A stretch of 59,250 bases of DNA, the filler included, from Basidiobolus ranarum (lineage: Eukaryota), in the NCBI GenBank assembly GCA_040143965.1. It is 11 parts of 11 records of this genome, joined end to end, with 100 filler letters (N's around TTAATTAATTAA, not from the genome) between each part and the next. Parts side by side here need not be neighbours in the genome. Positions count along the whole stretch, not along the records: positions 37,794 to 43,084 come from JASJQH010001644.1; positions 43,185 to 48,474 come from JASJQH010001645.1; positions 48,575 to 53,863 come from JASJQH010001646.1; 8 more parts are not named here. The stretch is one strand, 5' to 3'. The position numbers and the translations under genes are program-made. Every line of letters starts with the position of its first letter. The first letter of the stretch is position 1. The notes below the pieces were generated by a model. It saw only the letters and a list, made by a program, of their open reading frames with translations, was not told the DNA's origin and did no database searches. This document shows, piece after piece, positions 37,794 to 48,778 of this stretch.

Positions 37794-37953
37794 GGGCTCT
37801 AACACCACAGTCAATGGTCTCATCATTTCAGCAGAAATGATTGTGAACTCTGGTTTCACCATTGCTTCAATCATAGCAATTATTTTGAACTTGGTGATGC
37901 CCAAAGAAGCTGAGGATCTTGAAGAGGAAGAGAATAATGGACATCCAGTCTAA
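37794..37953 (+). CDS. 3' end of a second NAT/NCS2 (UapA-like) permease copy, cut by the contig start
   Basis: Encodes GSNTTVNGLIISAEMIVNSG...EEENNGHPV*, the same as the C-terminus of 40171-41910, with two synonymous nucleotide differences. Confidence 0.85.
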
Positions 37954-38471
37954 ATTGCTAACATTTTGAATTTGTAATTAAGCCATTTCACCACATAATC
38001 CCAGTTTTTATCAGATTAAGCCTGAATGTTTCGCATGTGAATGTCAATAAGTTTTGTGGAGATGCATTTGCTTTATCACATCGTACTTTCTGATATAATC
38101 ATCGATATTGACCAATATCTAAACCATTCAAAGGTTACCAAATAAATTTCCTGCAATAATATATAATTCTCATCTTTACGATAATTTAAATATTTGATAC
38201 CAATAAGAATGAATCAGTTAAATTTGAAGAATTCATCGATTATGGATACTGATGAATCTCAGGTTGGATATTTTTAGTCACATGACGAGTTCATCTCGCC
38301 TACACTATACGTGTTTTGAATATGAATAAATAGAAGAAAAATTGAAAAGTAAATTGACTGAATCTGTATTGAATTTTCCAACCAAATCATTTTATCTTTT
38401 TGTGAATATTCAAATGAAATTCCATCTGTTTAACTTTATCAATTTTGTTATCATATTCATCGTTTAAAGTT

Positions 38472-39685
38472 ATGGCGAACCGCACTTCTGTGGATGCGTT
38501 ATCAGTACACGGGACCAATCCACAATTCCTAGTAGAAAAGATCATACGTACGCGTATTTATGAATCACTATATTGGAAAGAACAATGCTTCGCTCTTACT
38601 GGTGAGTGTTTAATAATATGCTTGGACCGAGCTCACATACTAACCATCAAGGAAATGGGCTTCTGTTTTATTTTGTCGCGGTTTTTTTTGTGTAGCGGAA
38701 ACCTTGATCGATAAAGCCGTTGCCTTAGATAGTATTGGTGGTGTATATGCCAACCAAAAACCTACCGAATTTTTATGTTTAACTTTAAAGTTACTCCAAT
38801 TACAACCAGAAACCGAGATAGTAGTAGAACTTCTAAAGCACGAAGATTACAAGTACTGTGAACTATTTCCCGAACAAATCTACGAAGCTATTTTTTGAAA
38901 TGGAAACTAACCAAAATGCTGATATCTTTTTTTCTTACTTCAACCAGATATTTGCGTAGTTTAGCGGCCTTTTATTTTCGTTTGGTTGGTAGTTCCAAGG
39001 AGATTTATGAATATTTGGAACCATTACTCTTGGATTATCGAAAATTACGCTATCGAACCACCAGTAAGTTGAAATTAGACTCAATCCTAACTTATACCTA
39101 TGATTCAAACGTTGATTCATTTATTTTTGAAAAATTTCTTTAGGTGGAAGTGGTGAACTGATACATATGGATGAATTCATAGACCAATTGTTACATGAAG
39201 ACAGAGTTTGTGACATAATTTTACCCCGATTATTGAAAAGAGAGGTACTGGAGACTAATGGAGATTTAAAACCAAGAATAAGCCCGTTAGAATACTTGCT
39301 GAAGGAAGAAGAAGAGAAGGAAAGCTTAAATGAAAAGAATGCCGAGAAAACAATGCGTGATAAAGATACAAAGTTAGCTGATTCAAGTGAGAAAGAAAAG
39401 GATCATGAAAAATCTCGTAACGATGATAGAGACAGAAGTAATAGCCGTGACCGACGTAGGGATAGAAGCAGAGACCGGGATAGACGCAGCCATCGCCAAA
39501 GAAGCTCTGATCGGGACGGAAGTCGACACAGGGATAGAAGTAGAGATCGAGACAGACGCAGACATAGAGATAGAAGCTCTGATCGGGACAGGCGTAGGCA
39601 CCGAGATAGAAGTAGGGATCGGGATAGTCACAGAAGTAAAGATCGTAGCAGAAGCCGAGATAGAAGAAAGTCACCAAAGAGTTAA
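38472..39685 (+). CDS. PRP38: Pre-mRNA splicing factor Prp38 with an RS/RD-rich tail; exons 38472-38601, 38696-38852, 38948-39063, 39144-39685
   Basis: MANRT...HGTNPQFLVEKIIRTRIYESLYWKEQCFALT, KPTEFLCL.LKLLQLQP, KYLR.L.AFY.RL, YRKLR and MDEFIDQLL. Three GT-AG introns give a continuous reading frame. Confidence 0.96.
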
Positions 39686-40170
39686 TGATGATTTTACTTC
39701 ACTTATGTCCCAAAGAACCAATATAAAAGCTATATATTGAAATCCACAAGCACTTTAGATACCCAATTTAACTTTTTTCACTTGATTTACTTGAAACTAT
39801 CGCTTTTTGGAGTAACCCTCTCTCGAATGTTCCACTTGATTTATGATTAGGAAGTCACGCCAATAAATCTAACACCGCGCAGTCATAAATAACGTATTTT
39901 TCATCTGTTCGAATACGATGCCCCTTTACTTTGAAATATCCAATCAGTCTAGTATAAATAATCTGATGTTCATTCTTCAAATTAAGTTCCAGTTAAAATT
40001 CAATGTATTTATTCAGTTAGATTGGGTGATATGAACACACTCAATACGCCAGGGATTGATTTTGACCATCAGTACTCATAATTAGAGTCGCCATTTCTGC
40101 AGTATAAATCTGATTCAAACTGAGATTATGTGGTGAAATGGCTTAATAGCAAATTCAAAATGTTAACAAT

Positions 40171-41910
40171 TTAGACTGGATGTCCATTATTCTCTTCTTC
40201 TTCAAGATCCTCAGCTTCCTTGGGCATCACCAAGTTCAAAATAATTGCTATGATTGAAGCAATGGTGAAACCAGAGTTCACAATCATTTCTGCTGAAATG
40301 ATGAGACCATTGACTGTGGTGTTAGAGCCCTTATAGGAAGAAAGTGCATAGGAGAACCAGTCGTCCTTGATGGTAGTGCCCATACCAAGGGTCATGGCTG
40401 CAGCTGCGATGAAACGATCACGACGTGTCCATTTGAGATAAGAGAGAATACGAATGCCGGATACAAGTACATTCGCAAATAAGAAGGTGGTCATTCCACC
40501 CAACACCGACTCGGGAATGGCAAGGAACACTGAGGCCAGCTTGGAGAACACTCCCATGATAATCAGGAAGAAGCAACAGGCATAGCCAGTGGTTAGATTC
40601 GCACATCTGGTCAGTGCTACAATTCCGTTGTTCTGTGCGAATGTTGACATCGGTGGGTTGGTGAGAAGTCCCGCAAAGAGACTGTTGAGTCCATCAGCCA
40701 GCACTCCACCTTGAATACGAGTCTCGAATACTGGTCCCGACACCTCCACTCCAGACACATCGCAACAGGCAGTGATGGTACCAATGGACTCGACTGCGAT
40801 CAGCATGTAGATCACCAGCATCGGAATGATTGCTGGTGTGTAGATCCCTAATGGGAATGTCTTGACCCACACAAAGGTGACAACTGGTGCTTCGTTGATA
40901 ACCTGAGTGTTCACATATCCAGTAGACCATGAAACAATCAAACCAACAATCAGTCCTAGTACTACCTCAGCAGAGCGCATGAAGTGCGAGCCAAAGATGT
41001 CGAAGAGAATGATGGAAATGAACACCAGGAAACCAAGTCCCATGTACTTGATATGACCCCAAGGAAGGGCATTTGGAGAATTGATGTTGGGGCAAAGGAC
41101 GAAGTTTCCTTCCTTAGGATGACTGATGCAAGGTCCACTGCCTCCACCCCAGTTCTTCAATCCAGATCCAACCAAGTGAGCTCCGATTAAGGTGACAGTG
41201 ATTCCGGTGACGAGTGGTGGGAAGAGTTTGTGAAGAACCTTGGCTGGAACAAAGGAGATCAGAATCATCAGTACTGAGCACATCATGGTTGTCCCTAGTA
41301 ATGCACCATATGCTTCTGGACAAGGTAGATATTGAGTGATTACACCGAGATCATTCTTCACTGTCGGACAGAAGCCCGACTCATACATATACGCAAATGA
41401 AGACTCAGCCACTGGCATGATGGTGAACGAGGTACCCACAACAGTGATGAGGCCAGTGCCCATATAGTAGCGAGTGCCAGGGATTCTCCACCGGGTCATC
41501 TGAATGAACGAAAGCAAGCCGCAGGTGATGAGTGAAGCAGAGATGAGGTATGAGCGATATTCAGTGTTAAGATTCATGTGTTGAGGTCCAGGCCCGGAGA
41601 GAATAAGAGGTGGTGTGACTACACCGGCAAGCATAGCTAAGCAATGTTGGAATCCCATGATGATGGCTACAGCCAAAGGCAAGCGGTCTTTGAGGCCAAT
41701 GAACTTTGCGGGTGGTTGTTTGGCAAGTCCTGGTAAGTTGGGCAGACATAAGAAACTGAAGTCGTATTCACCGATCCAACCCTGCCTGGTACACAAGTTG
41801 CGCATATACCACTTTAGGTTGCTCTCTTCATCTGGGGCGTAAGGAGTGGGTTCAGTGGAAATGAAGTCTTTGTCGTCGATACCTGATATAGCACCCTCTT
41901 CTTTCTTCAT
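40171..41910 (-). CDS. uapA: Uric acid/xanthine permease (NAT/NCS2 family, UapA/UapC-like); 579 aa, intronless
   Basis: GFQHCLAM (TMS1), VVGTSF (TMS3), LADG, the NAT signature FAQNNGIVALTRCAN, and VLGGMTTFLF. Confidence 0.93.
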   Translation of the reverse strand: MKKEEGAISGIDDKDFISTEPTPYAPDEESNLKWYMRNLCTRQGWIGEYDFSFLCLPNLPGLAKQPPAKFIGLKDRLPLAVAIIMGFQHCLAMLAGVVTPPLILSGPGPQHMNLNTEYRSYLISASLITCGLLSFIQMTRWRIPGTRYYMGTGLITVVGTSFTIMPVAESSFAYMYESGFCPTVKNDLGVITQYLPCPEAYGALLGTTMMCSVLMILISFVPAKVLHKLFPPLVTGITVTLIGAHLVGSGLKNWGGGSGPCISHPKEGNFVLCPNINSPNALPWGHIKYMGLGFLVFISIILFDIFGSHFMRSAEVVLGLIVGLIVSWSTGYVNTQVINEAPVVTFVWVKTFPLGIYTPAIIPMLVIYMLIAVESIGTITACCDVSGVEVSGPVFETRIQGGVLADGLNSLFAGLLTNPPMSTFAQNNGIVALTRCANLTTGYACCFFLIIMGVFSKLASVFLAIPESVLGGMTTFLFANVLVSGIRILSYLKWTRRDRFIAAAAMTLGMGTTIKDDWFSYALSSYKGSNTTVNGLIISAEMIVNSGFTIASIIAIILNLVMPKEAEDLEEEENNGHPV

Positions 41911-42866
41911 TTTTGTGTTCGACTTGAGAGCAAATGTGATTATTCAGGTAGGTCGACTTGGTCTATTTATTGGAATGGGTCAACTCCTATGCTTGTTCAC
42001 AAGGTCATCCGAGTTTCTCCTCATTAACCTAAAATTTATAAACCTGGATTAATTGGTGTGTGACTTTCTCACTGGTTTAACTTCCGTTTAGGTTGATTTA
42101 GATTAAGAAACAACTTTTGTTTAGGTCGATTTAGATGGAGATGTTGTTTGGTGTCAAAGATAATCTTGGTTTGAGATGAACCGGTTAAGCGTATCTGAGT
42201 TTAACATGACTAACTCCACAATGTTTCTGTAAACGTACTTTCCGTAATTTCGCCCAATGTCAAAACTAAGTATTAACCAGTAAATAGTCACACCAGTTTC
42301 ACCACCTAAGACTTGGTCAACTTTTTGGACTAATCACATGCATAACAGTAGTACATGAACTAACATAGAACTCAATTGACAGAATTCCCGTTTCTTATGA
42401 TCTTCTTTATTCCGATGAGAATCTATGGGATATGTAGTTACCTAACCCTAACCTAATACCAATACTAGAATAGCTTTTAATTTCGTATTTCAATACCACC
42501 ACTAGTTTACTCACTTACCTGCTCATCCCACTGAAGACGATTTAAAATAATAGTACTTTTAATCAGATCTAGTTTTCAAACTCTTAGATTAGGATTCGCG
42601 ACTCGAGATAATATGATTGTATTTCCTCATAGTGACAGGATGATAGGTAGAAATATACGACTTACAGTTATGTTTTTTGCTGTGTTGAAATAAAGGTGCT
42701 TTGAAAATATATAGAATTGTAATAGGGATTGTAAGAGTTTTAAACCGGCCAGGAAAGCTGTTTAGAAACATCTCCCTATTTCTAGTATGTTGAGGATACC
42801 TCCAAAGATTCCCAATTTTATCTTTGAGATATTTAAATCATAAAGAATTTATGTTGATGAAGATGT

Positions 42867-43084
42867 TGTAGAAATTAGCATTGCCTAAACACCTATATAG
42901 TCATATATAGCTTAGTACTTAGTTATCATATATTGCACTAAGATATTATCCATTATTCTCATAAGGAATTTACTTAGAAGTTCTCAGATATATATATTTT
43001 GATAACTTGTGCTAGAAGCCCCAAACTTTGCACACATGATCCTGGGACCTTCCTTAACACATTCTACACGTTAGTTTGTCTACA
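42867..43084 (+). mobile_element. Copia family-B LTR, cut by the contig end
   Basis: Closely matches 44272-44490. Confidence 0.88.
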
Positions 43085-43184
43085 NNNNNNNNNNNNNNNN
43101 NNNNNNNNNNNNNNNNNNNNNNNNNNNNTTAATTAATTAANNNNNNNNNNNNNNNNNNNNNNNNNNNNNNNNNNNNNNNNNNNN

Positions 43185-43349
43185 AGGTTTGTATCTGCAC
43201 TCTTTTCTTTTGGCTAATTCCAGTATACCGTGATCATTGAATCTCGACTTTGGAATAAGGTAGCCTTCACGACGTAGATCCTCATCAAAGAACTGGCCTA
43301 ACACTAAGGACAGACACACGGTAGCAAAGGTAATGGACAAAAGCTTCAT
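43185..43349 (-). CDS. 5' end of a secreted pre-pro-protein, cut by the contig start
   Basis: Signal-like MKLLSITFATVCLSLVLG, a dibasic KR site before ECRYKP, and TATAAA ~45 nt upstream on the minus strand. Confidence 0.6.
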
Positions 43350-44271
43350 AATGCTTGAATATGAAGTGTACGTTGATTTCGGTGCTGGCTTTATATGAAA
43401 CTCTAAGGAAGAAATGCCATCACGATCTCTATATTTGGTTCCCTGTAATCAAATTTTTGTTTACCAAATAGTATTTTGTCCAATCAATTCGATGAAAATT
43501 GAGATCTTTTCGAGGTACATAAAGTGATCTAAATTGGTTGGAATTTGCAAGATTACACAATGATTGTTTACTCTTGGAGTTCTTTATTGTTTAATTTGTA
43601 TGTATAGTATATCATATAAGCTTATTTATCATTAACTTGTCTTATACCTTTCGCTATATTAAGAAATAAACCAAAGCAAATTTAGTCCAATTAAAACGGA
43701 TATGATGTTAGCACTTTCAATTAGGCGCTAGAACTCTGCATCAAGTACGCAACGATATTGCACTCTACCAAGTCAATTTTCTACTACCTACTTTAATGAG
43801 GCCAAGGCTCGCCACCAATATTTATACGAGATTCACATATTCAATACGACATTATTGGAATGGTTCTTGCAGAAACGCAGAGTCGGCTATATACTAAATG
43901 TACAAAGATCCATGGTATATCAGTAATTTTTTTTGAAAGACTTGAAATAAGAAATGGCTTCCACTCTGTTAAAAAGCCCCTCCTGTACCCAATGATTTCA
44001 GTTTTGTTATTATTTTAACATATAAATATAGGTTATCTTTGAATTTAAATTCGAAGAGTGTATTTATTAAGTACTGCCTAGTCGGGGAGTGAGGATTAGA
44101 GGAAATTGTTTTTCGCAGTTTATCACACCTTCCATACCACAACCATATCCTCTCCATTGACTTGAATACATACGCTATCGTGGTAAGCTGCAAGTGATGC
44201 AAAATATGCGATTCCTTCGATAATGCGTAGATATACATTCCAACGAATCGTCAGAGGGAAACTGCAATATC

Positions 44272-44598
44272 TGTTGAAATTAGCATTGCCTAAACACCTA
44301 TAAAGTTATATAGCTTAGTGTTTAGTTATCCAATATTGAACTAAGATATCACCCATTATTCTCGTGAGGAATATACTTAGAAGTTCTCAGATATATAGAC
44401 TTTGATACCTTGTGCTAGAAGCCCCAAACTGTGCACACATATTGCTGGGACCTTCCTTAACACATTCTACATGTTAGTTTGCTTACATCTTGACAAAACT
44501 ATAAATGTCAACTGAATACTCAATAAATCAACAAGTGAAAACCTCCAATTTCTCTATTTCTCCAAACCACTTCCAACAGGCTCCAAAATACTTTAACA
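44272..44598 (+). mobile_element. Solo LTR (copia family B) with 5-bp TSD ATATC
   Basis: TGTTGAA...TTTAACA termini. ATATC at 44267-44271 and 44599-44603. Confidence 0.93.
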
Positions 44599-46070
44599 AT
44601 ATCAACCTCATTGTCCGCTATGGCTTTATTACTGAATACTCAGACCTTGACTCTCGATGTTGGCTGAATTTTATAACTTCTATTGCTCTTTTTGTATATT
44701 TGGATTACTTTACTGTTGGATCACGTGGAGTTTAGATATTCATGTTTCTGAACGATAAATTGACCAGACGATTAAATGAGCCTATCTACTGCTCGTATGG
44801 TGTACGACTAAGTAGGCACAAGTACGAAGTAATCGAAAAGTGTTGTACTACTACCTGGTATGTAATTAACTAGGTGAGAGTGAGTTACGTATTTCGATTT
44901 TCACTCAAATGAGCCACTTATTCGGTAAAATACTGAACTTTTATTACCTCATTTTTACGCATACCACAGGAGCTAATGTTAGGCCTCAAGTCTCGATGGC
45001 GCTATATAATGGAGAATTGGGTAAAAAAACTGGATCTACATGCTTCCAAGAGTTTATATTGTTTATGATAGAATCCAGTTCAGTGTCCGTTTATCCGCTT
45101 TTCAAGTGCCATCAAAAATTTGATAGTGCTTACAATTAGCCAAATTTTGATTTTGGCTCATAATATGCTGCCACTTGAATCCCACCAATTTCAGTACTCT
45201 ACTATTAATTTTGAATGATTTAATTATACTGCTTCCAAGTCCTTGGATACCATTAGATATTTCAACCCGACAAACAAACAGGCCTACTATGATCACTTAC
45301 AGGGCCAACAGAATTGTAATAGCCACTTCGTTAGTGTCCAACTATTGACCAACCTTTACCCCAACCAGCACACTCAGATTCCAATACCCAAGCGCTCAGT
45401 CCGATTCAAATCATTTAACAGTACAGGAGATTGATCAAAATGAAGATCCTAACTCTGACAGTTGTACTCCAAAATATCGCTTAAACCGCAGCTACTTGAA
45501 TGAGTTGGGGCATATGTATATATTTCTCTGGTGCTGGTATATAAGTACTGGTATGACACTAGATAAGAAATACAGTTCGAACTAACTTCAAATAACAACC
45601 CCATGCACATTAGCTACTAATAACGAGTTTATCGTGTACCAATAGATACAATCCAAGGAAATTAGACTTTTACATTAAACTTTGAATATTGCTGCGGATC
45701 TTAGATTGCGGTTTTTGCTAATACACTTTAAGGTTGCGGATTTCCTTTTTTGTTAACAGATTAATTCTTGTCTACCACGCCACGCCTACTTATCACTCTC
45801 CGGCTCAGATCTTACAGCAGCTTGCGACAACTACTATAAAATCAAGCAGCCCTTCTGTAACTTTCTGTCAATCATAAATATTAGTTGAATTGCATTTCCT
45901 CTTTCTGTCTCACTATTTCCCCTCCTCTTCTGCAGCTTATTTCACTCACTACTACTTACACTTATCTTAACATAAACGTTAAATACGCTTTCTCCTCACC
46001 AATATTTGCGCTTCACTCAATTATTGCATTTCATTTTTGAAACTATTCTTGACTTATCCTCATTCTCGAT

Positions 46071-48474
46071 ATGTCTAAGGCAGAAGCTCTCGATTCGGTC
46101 GAAAGCAACAACAACATGAACCCTATTGCTGTTGACATAAATAACGAAAAAGACCAGCGCGTCGTTAGTATTGATAGTATCGATGTGGCTGACGACAAGA
46201 AAAAGAGCAAGAAAAAGAAAGACAAGGAAGAACTTGGCCCCAAGGTCAGCTACTTCAAGCTCTATCGTTTTGCCAACTCCTGGGACATCATATGTATCAT
46301 GTTAGTATTCTTTCCTGTGTCAATGTCACTACTCGAACAAAATCTACCGAAAGACATTCTAATTGTATTATGACTATTTTCTCCCTTAGCCTGGGAACCA
46401 TTTGTGCCATTGGATGTGGTGTAGGTCAACCCTTGGTTGCGAGATTGATGGGTGATGTTATACAAGGCCTTGTTGGGCCCGCTGATCCTGAAACACTCAA
46501 AACCCAAATCGCTACTTTGCGTGAGATCGTCATCAAGTTCACGGTCATTGGCGCCATTATGTTCGTCGCTGCCTATGGCCAAATGTGCTTCTTTACATTG
46601 TCTGCTGAGAATCAGACTAAGCGCATCCGAGAAAAATATCTACATGCGATCATGCGTCAAGATATATCATGGCACGATATAGGCAAAAAGTCAGAGTCTC
46701 TCAACTCTCGTCTCAATGCTGACACTCAATTGATCTTTGATGGCATGTCTGATAAAGTTGGCATGTGTATCATGTCACTTTCGACTTTTGTTACTGGTTT
46801 CGTGATTGCTTTCTTGGCTGGTTGGAAAATGACCTTAGTTCTCTTGACGGCTGTTCCTGTCATGGGATGTAAGTATATTTGTATGTCTGATGACGCATCT
46901 TTGAAAGCTATGATTTTCTAACTCATTTTTATGGCAATTTCTTTAATGAAGTCTGCGGTGCTCTGATGGCCAAGTACACAATGGAGTCATCCTCAGAAGG
47001 CCAAGACTCCTATGCAAAGGCTGGTGGTCTTGCTGAACAAGCAATTAGCTCTATTCGTACTGTAGTAGCCTTCAACGGTCAGAGTCGGGAAGTTAAGCGT
47101 TTCGAAGAAGTATTAGCTAATGCCTACAAATCTGGTGTCAAGAAAGCCTTTATCACTGGCGCTGGTATGGGTTCATTCATGTTTGTCATGTTCTGTGCCT
47201 ACTCACTTGCCTTCTGGTATGGCGGTAAGCTAGTCAAAGAAGGTGAAATGCAACCTGGTAACGTCTTGACTGTTCTTTTTGGTACTATCATTGGTGCTTT
47301 CTCTATTGGTAATGTCGGCCCTAACGTCGGAGTCTTGGCCAAGGCTCAAGCAGCTGCTTACACTATCTTCGAGACCATTAATCGGGTGCCTACCATTGAT
47401 TCATCCGATCCTGGAGGTGAGAAACCCGAAAACATTCAAGGTCATGTTGTCCTCAAGGATCTTGATTTCTCATACCCTTCTCGTCCTGATGTCCCAATCT
47501 TGAAAAAGATGTCGATCGAAGTCAAACCTGGTCAGACTGTTGCATTAGTGGGTCATTCCGGATCTGGCAAGTCAACAATAGTCGGTCTACTGGAGCGTTT
47601 CTACGATCCTACCTCTGGCTCCATCACTTTGGATGGCATCGAAATCAAAGACTACAACGTTGCTCATCTTCGTAATACGATTGGTCTTGTTTCTCAAGAA
47701 CCTGTTCTCTTCAATGCCACTGTCAAACAAAACATTCTTTATGGTGCTCGCAAAGGCCAGGCTATTCCTACCGAGAAAGAGATTGAAGCTGCTTGTCGAT
47801 TGGCTAATGCTCATGATTTCATCTCTGGTCTTCCTCAAAAGTACAACACCATGGTCGGAGAGAAGGGTGCGCTGTTGTCAGGTGGCCAGAAGCAACGCAT
47901 TGCTATTGCTCGTGCATTAATTAAAAACCCTCGTATTTTACTTTTGGATGAAGCCACCTCTGCACTTGACACTGAATCTGAACGAGTTGTGCAAGCGGCA
48001 TTAGACAATGCAGCCACCGGTCGTTCGACAATTGTGATTGCTCATCGTCTCTCGACAATCATCAATGCTGATCTAATCTATGTAATGGACAAGGGAGTGG
48101 TTCTGGAGTCTGGTACTCATCAATCACTGTTGGCTCTCAATGGAACATATGCAGAGTTTGTAATGAAGCAACAATTGAAGACTGGTGGTCAAGATGTTGA
48201 CAATGAGAATGGTGAAGAGTCCGAAGAGCAACCGACTGTGACTATTGCCGATAACCTACCATTTGGTGTTGGTCGCAGGAATACCAAAACTTCATTCATT
48301 GATCGTAAATTTTCTCATCACTCTGTCACAAAATCTACAAAATCTTTGGACTTGAAAGGTCCCACTGTTTTGAACATTGATGAAGGTGAAGAAATGACCG
48401 AAGCTCGTCGCAAGAAGGAAGCAGCTCGAAAGCTCAAGATGCAAAAAGCACCAATTGGTCGCACACTCGTCTAC
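46071..48474 (+). CDS. ABCB (MDR/P-glycoprotein-like) transporter, N-terminal half (TMD1-NBD1-linker); introns 46301-46389 and 46869-46951; 3'-truncated
   Basis: Walker A GHSGSGKST, LVSQEP, signature LSGGQKQRIAIARA, Walker B LLLDEATSALD and IAHRLST. Splicing joins the three ORFs in frame. Confidence 0.95.
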
Positions 48475-48574
48475 NNNNNNNNNNNNNNNNNNNNNNNNNN
48501 NNNNNNNNNNNNNNNNNNTTAATTAATTAANNNNNNNNNNNNNNNNNNNNNNNNNNNNNNNNNNNNNNNNNNNN

Positions 48575-48778
48575 AGTACGACCAAGATCTTTGAACTCCT
48601 GTTCGGCTGACTCGACGTTAACCATACTGCGGCCACCCCACTGTCCTCCAGTAGCTCTCTCCCCGCTTTCAACCATTGTCAATTCATCGACACCACTATG
48701 ATCTTCATTTGAAGAGAGGCCACGTAGTTGCTTTTTGTCCTTTTCGGAAGGGTTTTGACTATCAAGGTCGCTTTCCAT
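48575..48778 (-). CDS. 5' end of a second PDR-type ABCG transporter, cut by the contig start
   Basis: DELTMVESGERATGGQWGGRSMVNVESAEQEFKDLGRT is identical to the protein at 51894. Confidence 0.85.

Noticed and set aside
39255-39740. Overlapping ORFs with I/E/T- or Y/F/C-rich repeats
   Set aside because: They are shadow frames of the repetitive RS/RD tail of PRP38.
42441-42457. CCTAACCCTAACCTAA telomere-like motif (also ~13396-13428)
   Set aside because: Only about two imperfect units in internal promoter DNA; no real array.
43185-43349. Family assignment (e.g. tyrosinase or peptide precursor) for the truncated secreted protein
   Set aside because: Only 55 residues are visible, too few to name a family.
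44505-44735. Short ORFs within or across LTRs and TE relics (also 1851-2069, 28821-29276, 55543-56052)
   Set aside because: They are chance or antisense frames of decayed repeats with no coherent domain.
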